Position numbers and translations under genes: made by a program
The notes under the pieces: model-generated
Seen by the model: only the letters and a program-made list of their open reading frames with translations
Told to the model about the DNA's origin: nothing
The model's database searches: none
In this document: piece by piece, positions 38,336 to 46,996 of the stretch
Position numbering within the stretch: position 1 is the stretch's first letter
Layout of the letters: every line of letters begins with the position of its first letter
Source of the DNA: an uncultured Alistipes sp.
Lineage (GTDB): Bacteria > Bacillota > Clostridia > Lachnospirales > Lachnospiraceae
DNA length: 60,485 bases
Direction of reading: 5' to 3'
Assembly: GCA_964403785.1 (NCBI GenBank)
Contig: CAYOHM010000001.1
Location: 1 to 60,485 of the forward strand

Positions 38336-38340
38336 ACTTA

Positions 38341-38364
38341 AGGGGCTTTCGTATGAAAGCCCCT
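38341..38364. terminator. Terminator hairpin between the convergent PBP1A and spoVAE genes
   Basis: Perfect 10-bp stem AGGGGCTTTC-GTAT-GAAAGCCCCT. Only a modest T-rich tract follows on the plus strand. Confidence 0.65.
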
Positions 38365-38372
38365 AATTATAT

Positions 38373-38729
38373 TTATTTCTTCATTTTAGGGTCACAAAGC
38401 AAAGCTGCAATATACCCGAATAACAAAGCCGCAGATATACCTACTGCCCCTGCTTTAAGACCTCCCATAAAGGTTCCGAGAAGTCCGTTTTCATCAACAG
38501 CTTCCTTAACTCCCTTCCATAACACATTTCCAAAGCCGCAAAGCGGAACCGAAGCTCCGGCTCCGGCGAATTCAAGAAATGGCTCATATATGCCTAAAGC
38601 ACCAAGAACGGCACCCGTACATACCAGCAAAACCATAATTCTTCCCGGCATCAGCTTGGTTTTATCCATAAGGAGCTGAGCAAAAAAACAAATAATTCCG
38701 CCAATTAAAAAAGCCTTTAAATAATCCAT
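38373..38729 (-). CDS. spoVAE: Stage V sporulation protein AE (SpoVAEb-type)
   Basis: 118 aa. MDYLKAFLIGGIICFFAQLLMDKT..., PFLEFAGAGASVPLCGFGN. Confidence 0.9.
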   Translation of the reverse strand: MDYLKAFLIGGIICFFAQLLMDKTKLMPGRIMVLLVCTGAVLGALGIYEPFLEFAGAGASVPLCGFGNVLWKGVKEAVDENGLLGTFMGGLKAGAVGISAALLFGYIAALLCDPKMKK

Positions 38730-38735
38730 ATCACA

Positions 38736-39773
38736 CTATTCCCTCTCTAAAATAATTCCGTGTGCTATTCCAGGCACAGAATGTCCTTCATTGTAGCTCA
38801 CCGGTGAAACAAGAGCCCCTGTTGGTATAAACAAAACTCTTTTCCATACACGGGCTTTTATTTTTTCCAAAATATGGCTGCACAGAACAACCGCACTGCA
38901 CCCACAGCCGCTTCCACCCGAATGTGTATCCTGTTTTTCATTGTCATACACCATAAGTCCGCAATCCATATATCGCCCGCTTATGTCATATCCCTGCTGT
39001 TTTACAAGATTAATTATTATGTCACGCCCGACACTTCCCAAATCTCCTGTAATAATTTTGTCATAGTAATCCACGCAAGCACCCAAATCTTTTAAATTTG
39101 CACACACTAAATCCGCTGCTGCAGGTGCCATACAGGCACCCATATTCATACTGTCCTTTACACCGTAATCAACTATTTTACCCGTTGTTATTCCTGCAAT
39201 TCTTACATTTGGCGCATCACTTGCCGGTGAGGGCTCTTTTCCTATCATAACCGCACCGCACCCGGTAACCGTCCATGTAGCGGAAAGAGGTCTTTGATTG
39301 CCATATGCAAGCGGAAATCTAAACTGTTTCTCCGCACTGGCAAAGTGGCTTGATGCCACCGCGATTGTTCTGTCCGCATATCCGGCATTTACCGCCATGG
39401 ATGCCAGAGCCATAGTTTCTCCCATAGTAGAGCATGCCCCATAAACACCAAAAAACGGCACATTATACTTTATAAGTCCAAATGTACTTCCAATCAACTG
39501 TCCCAGCAAATCACCTGCAAAAATATATCTTATGTCCTCTGTGACAAGATTGGATTTTTTAAGGAGCTTATCCACCGTTTTGGTCTGAAGATTGCTTTCT
39601 GCCTCCTCCCACGTATTCATTCCAAACATCGGGTCCTCGCATACCTCATCAAACAAATCCTTAAGCGGACCCTCTCCCTCCTTTTTGCCCACAATACAAG
39701 CCGTGTTTTGTATATAGGGAGGGTTTTTAAACAATATACTTTGTTTTCCCTTTATTTCACTGTTTTTTTCCAT
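38736..39773 (-). CDS. spoVAD: Stage V sporulation protein AD (thiolase-fold DPA-binding subunit)
   Basis: KGKQSILFKNPPYIQNTACIVGKKEGEGPL..., GVYGACSTMGE..., GGSGCGCSA. GGAGG followed by T7 sits immediately upstream of the ATG at 39773. The ORF-track start at 39920 would overlap ilvE and cross a terminator. Confidence 0.9.
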   Translation of the reverse strand: MEKNSEIKGKQSILFKNPPYIQNTACIVGKKEGEGPLKDLFDEVCEDPMFGMNTWEEAESNLQTKTVDKLLKKSNLVTEDIRYIFAGDLLGQLIGSTFGLIKYNVPFFGVYGACSTMGETMALASMAVNAGYADRTIAVASSHFASAEKQFRFPLAYGNQRPLSATWTVTGCGAVMIGKEPSPASDAPNVRIAGITTGKIVDYGVKDSMNMGACMAPAAADLVCANLKDLGACVDYYDKIITGDLGSVGRDIIINLVKQQGYDISGRYMDCGLMVYDNEKQDTHSGGSGCGCSAVVLCSHILEKIKARVWKRVLFIPTGALVSPVSYNEGHSVPGIAHGIILERE

Positions 39774-39810
39774 AAAAAAACCTCCAAATATTTTTATTAG
39801 TATTTGGAGG
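39774..39810 (-). terminator. ilvE rho-independent terminator whose 3' arm is the spoVAD Shine-Dalgarno sequence
   Basis: Read on the minus strand: CCTCCAAATA-CTAATAAAAA-TATTTGGAGG, a perfect 10-bp stem, followed by TTTTTTT and then directly by the spoVAD ATG. Confidence 0.8.
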
Positions 39811-39849
39811 TTTATAATTTCTATTAGAAAATTTTTAATTTGGCAATAA

Positions 39850-40875
39850 TTACATAATCTTGTAAATCCAGCCCTTAGGAGCTTCAATACGTCCCATCTG
39901 GATACCTGTGAGAGTATCATAAAGCTTCTGGGTTACAGGACCCATCTGTGTCATACCTGTTGGAATACAGATTTCATTGCCGTGGTCAACAATCTTGCCA
40001 ACCGGCGAAATGACAGCCGCAGTACCGCAAAGACCACACTCAGCCATATCCTTTAATTCGTCCTTATGTATCCTTCTCTCCTCAACTTCAAGACCCAGAT
40101 AATCCTTGGCAACAGTAAGGAGTGAACGTCTTGTGATTGATGGAAGAATTGTGCTTGACTTAGGAGTAACTACCTTGCCATCCTTTGTCACAAAAATAAA
40201 GTTAGCTCCGCCTGTTTCCTCTACATAGGTTCTCGTTGCAGCATCAAGATACATATTCTCATCATAGCCCTGATTATGTGCATCAACTATGGCATGAAGG
40301 CTCATTGCATAGTTAAGTCCTGCTTTGATATGTCCGGTTCCGTTAGGAGCTGCACGGTCAAAATCACAAACACGTATGGTAAGCGGCTTTACACCACCCT
40401 TAAAGTAAGGTCCGACAGGAGTTGTGAATATTCTGAACTGATACTCTGTTGCAGGCTTTACACCGATAACTGCATTGCTTCCGAACATATATGGGCGGAT
40501 ATAAAGTGTTGCACCCGTTCCGTAAGGAGGAACATAAGCTGCATTAGCCTCCACCGTTTTGATAACTGCATCAACAAACTTATCCTGTGCAAATACAGGC
40601 ATCTCAAGTCTTTTGCAGGAATTCTCCATACGCTCTGCATTCAAATCAGGACGGAAGGTTACTATATGTCCATCCTCCGTAGTATATGCCTTCATACCCT
40701 CAAAACAGGTCTGTGCATACTGAAGTACGCCCGCGCACTCGCTAATCACCACATTGGAATCTGAAATGAGAGCGCCCTCATCCCAAGCTCCGTCCTTGTA
40801 ATTAGAAACAAATCTCTTATCTGTCTCAACATAGCCAAAACCAAGATTGCCCCAGTCAATATTTTTCTTTTCCAT
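39850..40875 (-). CDS. ilvE: Branched-chain amino acid aminotransferase
   Basis: MEKKNIDWGNLGFGYV..., FEGMKAY, YIRPYMFG and ETGGANFIF, about 341 aa. The ATG at 40875 is preferred over the ORF-track start at 40983. Confidence 0.9.
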   Translation of the reverse strand: MEKKNIDWGNLGFGYVETDKRFVSNYKDGAWDEGALISDSNVVISECAGVLQYAQTCFEGMKAYTTEDGHIVTFRPDLNAERMENSCKRLEMPVFAQDKFVDAVIKTVEANAAYVPPYGTGATLYIRPYMFGSNAVIGVKPATEYQFRIFTTPVGPYFKGGVKPLTIRVCDFDRAAPNGTGHIKAGLNYAMSLHAIVDAHNQGYDENMYLDAATRTYVEETGGANFIFVTKDGKVVTPKSSTILPSITRRSLLTVAKDYLGLEVEERRIHKDELKDMAECGLCGTAAVISPVGKIVDHGNEICIPTGMTQMGPVTQKLYDTLTGIQMGRIEAPKGWIYKIM

Positions 40876-41098
40876 GATTTGAACCCTTTCTGTATTATAA
40901 AATATACGAGTGCCAAAAACTTTTTGCCGCCCGTTTGTAAAACAATCTTTGTTAATCATAACTCTAACCTTATTTAACGTCAAGTAATTATAATTAAATT
41001 CAACATTATAATAATTTATAAAGAATCTGTGAACTTTATTGAAATAATTGAATTTTTATGCTAAATTGTGTGTAAATTATTTACAGGGGGTATTTATC

Positions 41099-41833
41099 AT
41101 GACTAACTATAACGAATACACAGATTATGATGATGATAATGACAGTAAAATGCTGCGTGGAAAGCTTCTTGCAGCTAATTTTGAGGAGAATGTAATCGCA
41201 CAGTCCTATGCTTTTATGTTCGTTGCGCTTCTTATCACGGCATTTACAGCATACTATGTAGCTTCATCACCCGTTATTTTTAACAAGCTTTATTATTCAC
41301 CGTTCACTCTTATTGTGTTATGCATTTCCGAGCTTGTTATCGTAATGGCAGCCAACTTTACACTGTCAAGGAATGCCGTTATTCCAAGTGCAGTACTTTT
41401 TACGGTATATTCCGTGATAAATGGTGCAACCTTGTCAAGTATTTTTATCATCTATGAAATAGGCAGTATATATACAGCCTTTATCGCTTGTTCATTGATG
41501 TTCGGTGCAATGTCGCTTTACGGATTAGCCACCAAAAAAGACCTTACTTCCATAGGAAGCCTTTGTTTTACGCTGCTTTTGGGATTAATTATTGCAGGTG
41601 TGGTTAATATTTTTCTTGGCAGCTCCGTTTTGGATACACTTCTGTCCGTTGTTGGAATCGTTATTTTCGTGGGTATCATTGCATATGACACACAGAAGAT
41701 TAAATCCATGATTTATTATACGGATTCGGAGAACATTACCTGCATCGCACTTATGGGAGCGCTTGAATTGTACCTTGATTTCATCAATCTTTTTCTCAGG
41801 CTGCTGCGACTTTTTGCCAGACGCAGGGATTAA
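41099..41833 (+). CDS. Bax inhibitor-1/YccA family membrane protein
   Basis: 7 TM helices. The C-terminal motif reads YDTQKIK...ALMGALELYLDFINLFLRLLRLF. The ATG at 41099 is preceded by CAGGGGG. Confidence 0.88.
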   Translation: MTNYNEYTDYDDDNDSKMLRGKLLAANFEENVIAQSYAFMFVALLITAFTAYYVASSPVIFNKLYYSPFTLIVLCISELVIVMAANFTLSRNAVIPSAVLFTVYSVINGATLSSIFIIYEIGSIYTAFIACSLMFGAMSLYGLATKKDLTSIGSLCFTLLLGLIIAGVVNIFLGSSVLDTLLSVVGIVIFVGIIAYDTQKIKSMIYYTDSENITCIALMGALELYLDFINLFLRLLRLFARRRD

Positions 41834-41848
41834 AAGCGTTTTATTAAA

Positions 41849-41892
41849 TAAAAAGTGTCCCTTTATCGAAGCGATAAAAGGACACTTTTTTT
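41849..41892. terminator. Bidirectional terminator between the convergent BI-1 gene and the spoVAA-AC unit
   Basis: 14-bp stem with one mismatch, GTGTCCCTTTATCG (41855-41868) pairing with CGATAAAAGGACAC (41872-41885). AAAAA lies on the left and TTTTTTT on the right. Confidence 0.85.
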
Positions 41893-42079
41893 ATAATGGA
41901 AATGTGCCTATCTTTTCAACAAGCTGTTCCATTTCATCCTTAGATTTTACATTTCTTGCCTCATTGATAACATCCCTTCTTTGTTCCTCCGTCATCCCTG
42001 CGAAGGCGTTCATAGCGCAAATATTCTCAATCATAGATAGAGAAAATGCTATCGGCATCTGGTCACTTTCCTGTTCCAT
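41891..42079 (-). CDS. Small acidic hypothetical protein (62 aa), last gene of the spoVAA-AB-AC unit
   Basis: The ORF starts 12 nt after the spoVAC stop. It is predicted helical (MTEEQRRDVINEARNVKSKDEMEQLVEKIG). I do not recognise the family. Confidence 0.45.
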   Translation of the reverse strand: MEQESDQMPIAFSLSMIENICAMNAFAGMTEEQRRDVINEARNVKSKDEMEQLVEKIGTFPL

Positions 42080-42091
42080 TGTTAAATCCCC

Positions 42092-42562
42092 CTACCAAAA
42101 ATTTAAGAGCGTTCCTGCCCAATATATAATTCCTAAGCCCCAGCTCGTCACAAGGCCGTATAGAATAACCGGACCGGCAATTTGAAATATCCTGCATCCG
42201 ACACCGAATACCCAGCCCTCTTTCTTAAATTCCATTGCCGGTGCACAAACACCGTTTGCAAAGCCCGTAATCGGCACCAGTGCTCCGGCGCCACCCCACT
42301 TCACTATGCTTGGAAAGATATTAAGGCACGTTAATATCACACTTAGCAAGACCAGAATAACCGTCTCCCACAGTCCCGCCGTCTTGTTATCAAGTCCCAT
42401 ATTCATAAATATGTTCATTATGAACTGGCCCAAAGTACAGATGATACCACCCGTTATAAATGCGTTGACCGCATTCTTCAAAAAATTGTGCGTCGGAGTT
42501 ATCTTTTCAACATATTCATTATATATTTTGTTTCTTTCCTCCTGCTGCAAATTCTCCTGCAT
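42092..42562 (-). CDS. spoVAC: Stage V sporulation protein AC
   Basis: YVEKITPTHNFLKNAVNAFITGGIICTLGQ..., GAGALVPITGFANG. 156 aa. Confidence 0.9.
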   Translation of the reverse strand: MQENLQQEERNKIYNEYVEKITPTHNFLKNAVNAFITGGIICTLGQFIMNIFMNMGLDNKTAGLWETVILVLLSVILTCLNIFPSIVKWGGAGALVPITGFANGVCAPAMEFKKEGWVFGVGCRIFQIAGPVILYGLVTSWGLGIIYWAGTLLNFW

Positions 42563-42600
42563 ACAATTACCCTCCTCGTATTTTTTAGTTTCTCAATTCC

Positions 42601-43011
42601 TTATTTCAAAAAGAAATATACAAGCCCTCCTATACCTTTTCCAATTGCCATCATAAGAATTATAAAGCCGAGCCCCTCCTTTAATTTCGTTCTCATGATA
42701 AATACGGGTATGGTCTTTATAACCTCAGCCAGTGCCACAGCCAGACAGCCTGAATAAATGCCGCCGACTATACCATAAATTATATAAAACGGCAATTTAA
42801 ACGGTATGTGTATACTGTATACCCACAGCACATTTCCGAGTGTTGCGCCCCAGATAACACATTCTTCATATAATCTTATTTTGCTTGCGGAATGTGTGCG
42901 CTGTGCCATTCGGTTTATTATTCCGAGAGTTGTGATAAGGGCATACACCCCGCCGGATACAAGAAGTCCCGCCGAAAATCCCATTAAACCCCTTATAATA
43001 TCAAACATCAC
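42601..43011 (-). CDS. spoVAB: Stage V sporulation protein AB
   Basis: 136-aa membrane protein directly after spoVAA with an 11-nt overlap. Its size, topology and position match SpoVAB. Confidence 0.75.
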   Translation of the reverse strand: MMFDIIRGLMGFSAGLLVSGGVYALITTLGIINRMAQRTHSASKIRLYEECVIWGATLGNVLWVYSIHIPFKLPFYIIYGIVGGIYSGCLAVALAEVIKTIPVFIMRTKLKEGLGFIILMMAIGKGIGGLVYFFLK

Positions 43012-43618
43012 TCTCCTCCTTTAAACGCGAGGCTCTGTCAACAATGGCACTATTTATATCAGTTTCATAGCTTCGCATTTGAACTTCAACCGGAGTTGGT
43101 ACATTATCCAGACGTTTACCGGCAAAATGGTTGTAGAAAATACAAATACCTCCGGTCAGACCTATGCTGTAACACAGTTCAATTACCCCCGTACTTTGGT
43201 TATCTCCCGTAAGCTCGTATAATTTTTCAAAAAGTTCATTTATATTAATATCATTGTTGTATGCCATAATAGTAAACATACTTCCCATAAATACAACAAT
43301 GCATATGGCAATCACCTTGACAACATCAATAAAATTCTTCTTAGGCTTTTTTCTTTTATAGTCAACTATAAAATCGCTTTCGCCCTCGTTACTTACGTCA
43401 ACCTCCGGACATTTTTTCTGAATCAGCTCTATCACTCTAAGCACGGAGAAAACAAAGGTCTTTTCCTTCACGTCCGGAACATTGAGGATAATGATATCTG
43501 AAACCATTTGTTTTATATTTTCATCCTTGCAAAATACAGAACCAACATCCTTAATGCGCACATCCCTTTTATAAACGGCTATGTTCTGGTCAAATTTAAC
43601 ATATACGGTTTCAGGCAT
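43001..43618 (-). CDS. spoVAA: Stage V sporulation protein AA
   Basis: VYVKFDQNIAVYKRDVRIKDVGSVFC..., 205 aa, with a central TM helix. It occupies the operon position upstream of spoVAB and spoVAC. Confidence 0.8.
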   Translation of the reverse strand: MPETVYVKFDQNIAVYKRDVRIKDVGSVFCKDENIKQMVSDIIILNVPDVKEKTFVFSVLRVIELIQKKCPEVDVSNEGESDFIVDYKRKKPKKNFIDVVKVIAICIVVFMGSMFTIMAYNNDININELFEKLYELTGDNQSTGVIELCYSIGLTGGICIFYNHFAGKRLDNVPTPVEVQMRSYETDINSAIVDRASRLKEESDV

Positions 43619-43668
43619 AAAAAAACCTCCATCACAACTTTAGTTAATACTATTGTTGTAAATGAAGG
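43619..43668 (-). terminator. Terminator-like hairpin after yajC whose 3' arm carries the spoVAA Shine-Dalgarno sequence
   Basis: Read on the minus strand: CCTTCATTTACAAC-(16-nt loop)-GTTGTGATGGAGG. The stem is about 13 bp with a G-U pair, one mismatch and one bulge. TTTTTTT and then the spoVAA ATG follow. Confidence 0.55.
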
Positions 43669-43696
43669 TTTTAATTATTCAGGTAAATTTTAGAAA

Positions 43697-44002
43697 TTAA
43701 TTTGCTTTCTCGATTTCAACGATGGCGTCCTTCTTCATAGGAATACGGCAGTTCTTGTTATTGCCGAACTCAACAATTACCGTATCGTCTGAAATCTCTA
43801 TAACTACGCCGTAAAAGCCGCTGGATGTGAGAACGTAATCACCGGTTGCAAGTGTGGACATCATATCTTCATGCTTTTTCTGCTGTTTTTTCTGCGGACG
43901 TATTGCGAAAAAATACATCATTCCAAAAATCAAAACTACATACAAAACCATTATAAGCCATCCGCCGCCTGTTGAAGCTGTTGTACTGTCAAGTAATATC
44001 AT
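43697..44002 (-). CDS. yajC: Preprotein translocase subunit YajC
   Basis: Single TM helix, then RPQKKQQKKHEDMMSTLATGDYVLTSSGFYGVVIEISDDTVIVEF. Confidence 0.9.
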   Translation of the reverse strand: MILLDSTTASTGGGWLIMVLYVVLIFGMMYFFAIRPQKKQQKKHEDMMSTLATGDYVLTSSGFYGVVIEISDDTVIVEFGNNKNCRIPMKKDAIVEIEKAN

Positions 44003-44086
44003 TTTAAATTCCTCCTGATTCTCATTTTACAAAAATTCTTTATAAATATACCATAAAAAATATGGAAACTCAATATATCGGCAATA

Positions 44087-45232
44087 TTATTTATCATTCT
44101 CATTACCGTATGTCTTAAGCAGTTCAAGCCTCTCGTGTTTAAACTGAGAGTATCTGCCTTCTTCTATCGCACCTCTTATATCCTCCATCAAATGATTATA
44201 GAAATACAGATTATGGAGTACGCACAGTCGCATACCAAGCATTTCCTTGGCTTTAAGGAGATGTCTTATATATGCTCTTGAGTATGTTCTGCAGGTAGGG
44301 CAGTTACAGCCCGTCTCTATTGGTTCATTGTCAGTTTCGTATTTGGCATTAAAAAGATTTATCTTGCCAAGCTTAGTGTACGCATGACCATGACGCCCGT
44401 TTCTTGACGGATATACACAGTCAAAGAAATCCACACCTCTGTCCACCGCCTCCAGAATATTTGCCGGAGTACCTACTCCCATAAGATATGTCGGCTTATT
44501 CTGCGGTAGAAATGGTACTGTTTTTTCGATGATATTATACATTTCCTCATGGCTTTCACCAACCGCAAGACCGCCCAATGCGTATCCGTCCAGCTCCATA
44601 TCGGCTATTGTCTTGGCATGTTCGATTCTTATATCCTCATAGGTGCCTCCCTGATTAATTGCAAAAAGAAGCTGGTGCTTATTAATCGTGTCATCAAGGG
44701 AATTAAGTCTTGCCATCTCCTTCTTGCAGCGTTCAAGCCACCTTGTGGTTCTATTTACCGAATTAATCATATAATCTCTTGGTGAAGGGTGCGGAGCACA
44801 CTCATCAAATGCCATTGCAATCGTAGAGCCCAGATTGGATTGAATTCTCATGCTTTCCTCAGGTCCCATAAAAATCTTATGTCCGTCAATATGTGAGTTA
44901 AAATAAACTCCCTCCTCCTTAATCTTGCGAAGTCCCGCAAGGGAGAACACCTGAAATCCGCCAGAATCAGTCAATATAGGTTTATCCCATACCATAAACT
45001 TATGAAGTCCGCCCATTTTTTTGACTATTTCATCACCGGGTCTTACATGAAGGTGATATGTATTGGATAATTCAACCTGTGTTCCTATCTCATTAAGGTC
45101 CATAGTTGATACAGCGCCCTTGATAGCTCCAATAGTTCCCACATTCATAAACACCGGCGTTTCAATTATCCCATGGACTGTGTGAAAACGGCCCCTCTTA
45201 GCTCTTCCGTCAACTTTTATCAATTCATACAT
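44087..45232 (-). CDS. tgt: tRNA-guanine transglycosylase (queuine tRNA-ribosyltransferase)
   Basis: RAKRGRFHTVHGIIETPVFMNVGT, LTDSGGFQVFSL and GLAVGE, with the zinc site CNCPTC...H. Confidence 0.95.
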   Translation of the reverse strand: MYELIKVDGRAKRGRFHTVHGIIETPVFMNVGTIGAIKGAVSTMDLNEIGTQVELSNTYHLHVRPGDEIVKKMGGLHKFMVWDKPILTDSGGFQVFSLAGLRKIKEEGVYFNSHIDGHKIFMGPEESMRIQSNLGSTIAMAFDECAPHPSPRDYMINSVNRTTRWLERCKKEMARLNSLDDTINKHQLLFAINQGGTYEDIRIEHAKTIADMELDGYALGGLAVGESHEEMYNIIEKTVPFLPQNKPTYLMGVGTPANILEAVDRGVDFFDCVYPSRNGRHGHAYTKLGKINLFNAKYETDNEPIETGCNCPTCRTYSRAYIRHLLKAKEMLGMRLCVLHNLYFYNHLMEDIRGAIEEGRYSQFKHERLELLKTYGNENDK

Positions 45233-45234
45233 AA

Positions 45235-46341
45235 CTATTCTCTCATTTTCTTATAAAATTCTGCAATCAGGTCCATTCTTGAGGTCATATTGGCAAAAAG
45301 CTCATCCACAACCACCAGACCTGCCATTGCTTCAACCACAACAACTGCTCTCGGTACAATCATCGGGTCATGACGTCCGTTAATTGAAATCTCTATCTCC
45401 TCACCGGACTTGTTTACGGTTTCCTGTACTGCCGCAATGGAAGGCGTAGGCTTTACTGCTGCCCTGAAAACAATCTGTCCGCCGTCACTTATACCGCCCA
45501 AAATTCCGCCTGCGTTATTGGTTTTCTTATATACTCTGCCGTCCTTAAGCGCAAATGCATCATTATTGGTAAGTCCGCTTTTTCTGGCAGCCTCAAAGCC
45601 AATACCCACTTCAAAGCCCTTAACCGCACCTATCGACATAACAGCCTTGGCAAGATTGGCATCAAGCTTTTCAAAGCAGGGGTCTCCCAGTCCTGCCGGT
45701 ACACCGTCAATAACACATTCGATAATACCTCCGACGGAGTCCTTTTCCTGCATCTTTTTCTTGGCAAATTCCTCTACTTCCTTCGCCGCATTTGCATCCG
45801 GCATATAAAATGCGTTATTGGCACATTCCTCCAAATTAAAGTCCTTTATTGCAATGCCGCCTATTTCCTTAGCGTATGCATTTACCTTAATTCCCATACT
45901 CTCAAGTATCTTAAGTGCGACTGCACCTGCCGCCACTCTGCCGATAGTTTCCCTGCCGGAGGAACGTCCTCCTCCTCGGTAATCTCTAAAGCCATACTTC
46001 TCGTCAAAGGTATAATCTGCATGACCCGGGCGGTAATAAGACGCAATCTGTGAATAATCCGCAGACCTCTGTGAAGTGTTATAAATCACCATTGATATAG
46101 GCGTTCCTGTCGTCTTTGCCTCAAACACTCCGGATAAAATCTGAACAATGTCATCCTCCTTCCTCTGTGTTGTGAAGCCCGACTGCCCCGGTTTCCTCCT
46201 GTCAAGGTATTTCTGGATATCTTCCTCACACAACGAAAGTCCCGCAGGACATCCGTCAACTACAACACCTATGCCCTTGCCGTGGGACTCGCCCCATGTA
46301 GAAATCTTAAATAAATTGCCAAATGTAGAACCTGCCGCCAT
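45235..46341 (-). CDS. aroC: Chorismate synthase
   Basis: FKISTWGESHGKGIGVVVDGCPAG, GGGRSSGRET and GRHDP. Confidence 0.95.
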   Translation of the reverse strand: MAAGSTFGNLFKISTWGESHGKGIGVVVDGCPAGLSLCEEDIQKYLDRRKPGQSGFTTQRKEDDIVQILSGVFEAKTTGTPISMVIYNTSQRSADYSQIASYYRPGHADYTFDEKYGFRDYRGGGRSSGRETIGRVAAGAVALKILESMGIKVNAYAKEIGGIAIKDFNLEECANNAFYMPDANAAKEVEEFAKKKMQEKDSVGGIIECVIDGVPAGLGDPCFEKLDANLAKAVMSIGAVKGFEVGIGFEAARKSGLTNNDAFALKDGRVYKKTNNAGGILGGISDGGQIVFRAAVKPTPSIAAVQETVNKSGEEIEISINGRHDPMIVPRAVVVVEAMAGLVVVDELFANMTSRMDLIAEFYKKMRE

Positions 46342-46360
46342 ACTCTATCTCCCATCCTCA

Positions 46361-46792
46361 CTAGAACATCTTTCTTATGTACTGTATCATACCAGGTCCA
46401 AGATTAGGTGTCGGTCTTGCCATAAAACCGTGAAGCTTATAAAAACCTTCTCGTCCCTTTGCACACATAAGACACAGCATCATTTCTGTGCCCTCCTGTG
46501 TAATGCTGTCAACATATTCAACTAATCTTCCAAGAACCTTGCTGCCGATTCCCCGTCCCTGAACCGCGGGAAGAATCACCAAATCCTGAACATAGCATAC
46601 AACTGCACCGTCCCCGACAATCCTGCCCATTCCCACGGGCTTACCGTCAAGGTATGCTACCACATTGAAAAGACAATTATCCAGCGCCATTTGGGCCTGT
46701 TTTTCGGAAAGCATCTTCCAGCCAACCTGTTTTCTAAGATTCATATATGTATCTATATCCAACTGATTTTCTTTAATTTCCAACATATCCAT
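46361..46792 (-). CDS. GNAT-family N-acetyltransferase
   Basis: 143 aa with the acetyl-CoA motif LVILPAVQGRGIGSKVL. Confidence 0.85.
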   Translation of the reverse strand: MDMLEIKENQLDIDTYMNLRKQVGWKMLSEKQAQMALDNCLFNVVAYLDGKPVGMGRIVGDGAVVCYVQDLVILPAVQGRGIGSKVLGRLVEYVDSITQEGTEMMLCLMCAKGREGFYKLHGFMARPTPNLGPGMIQYIRKMF

Positions 46793-46996
46793 TATCCTGC
46801 TTTTATCCCAGTTAACTTACTTTATTTACGTTCAGCAACTGAACGCCGAATTTTATTATACAGCAAATACCGTTTTATTTCCACATAAGTTTTTATCACT
46901 TAATAAAGTTAGTTTCTTTTTGCATAAATTGAATTGATTTGCCGTTTTTGATAAAATTAGATTAATTAATTTAGGTCAATTTCGGAGGCTGAGCAT

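Noticed and set aside
39774-39920. N-terminal 49-aa extension of spoVAD given by the ORF track (start at 39920)
   Set aside because: The extension would overlap ilvE and read through a perfect terminator hairpin. The ATG at 39773 has GGAGG upstream and gives the normal SpoVAD N-terminus. Similar over-long starts were trimmed for ilvE, clpX, htrA, the ABC binding protein, PBP1A, BI-1, cotJA/B/C, fucO, hisA and the DHH protein.
40876-41098. Possible T-box or other leader upstream of ilvE
   Set aside because: The spacer is only about 220 nt and is shared with a divergent gene. I found no AGAGA/GNUGGNA specifier-loop context, no conserved T-box sequence and no terminator/antiterminator pair.
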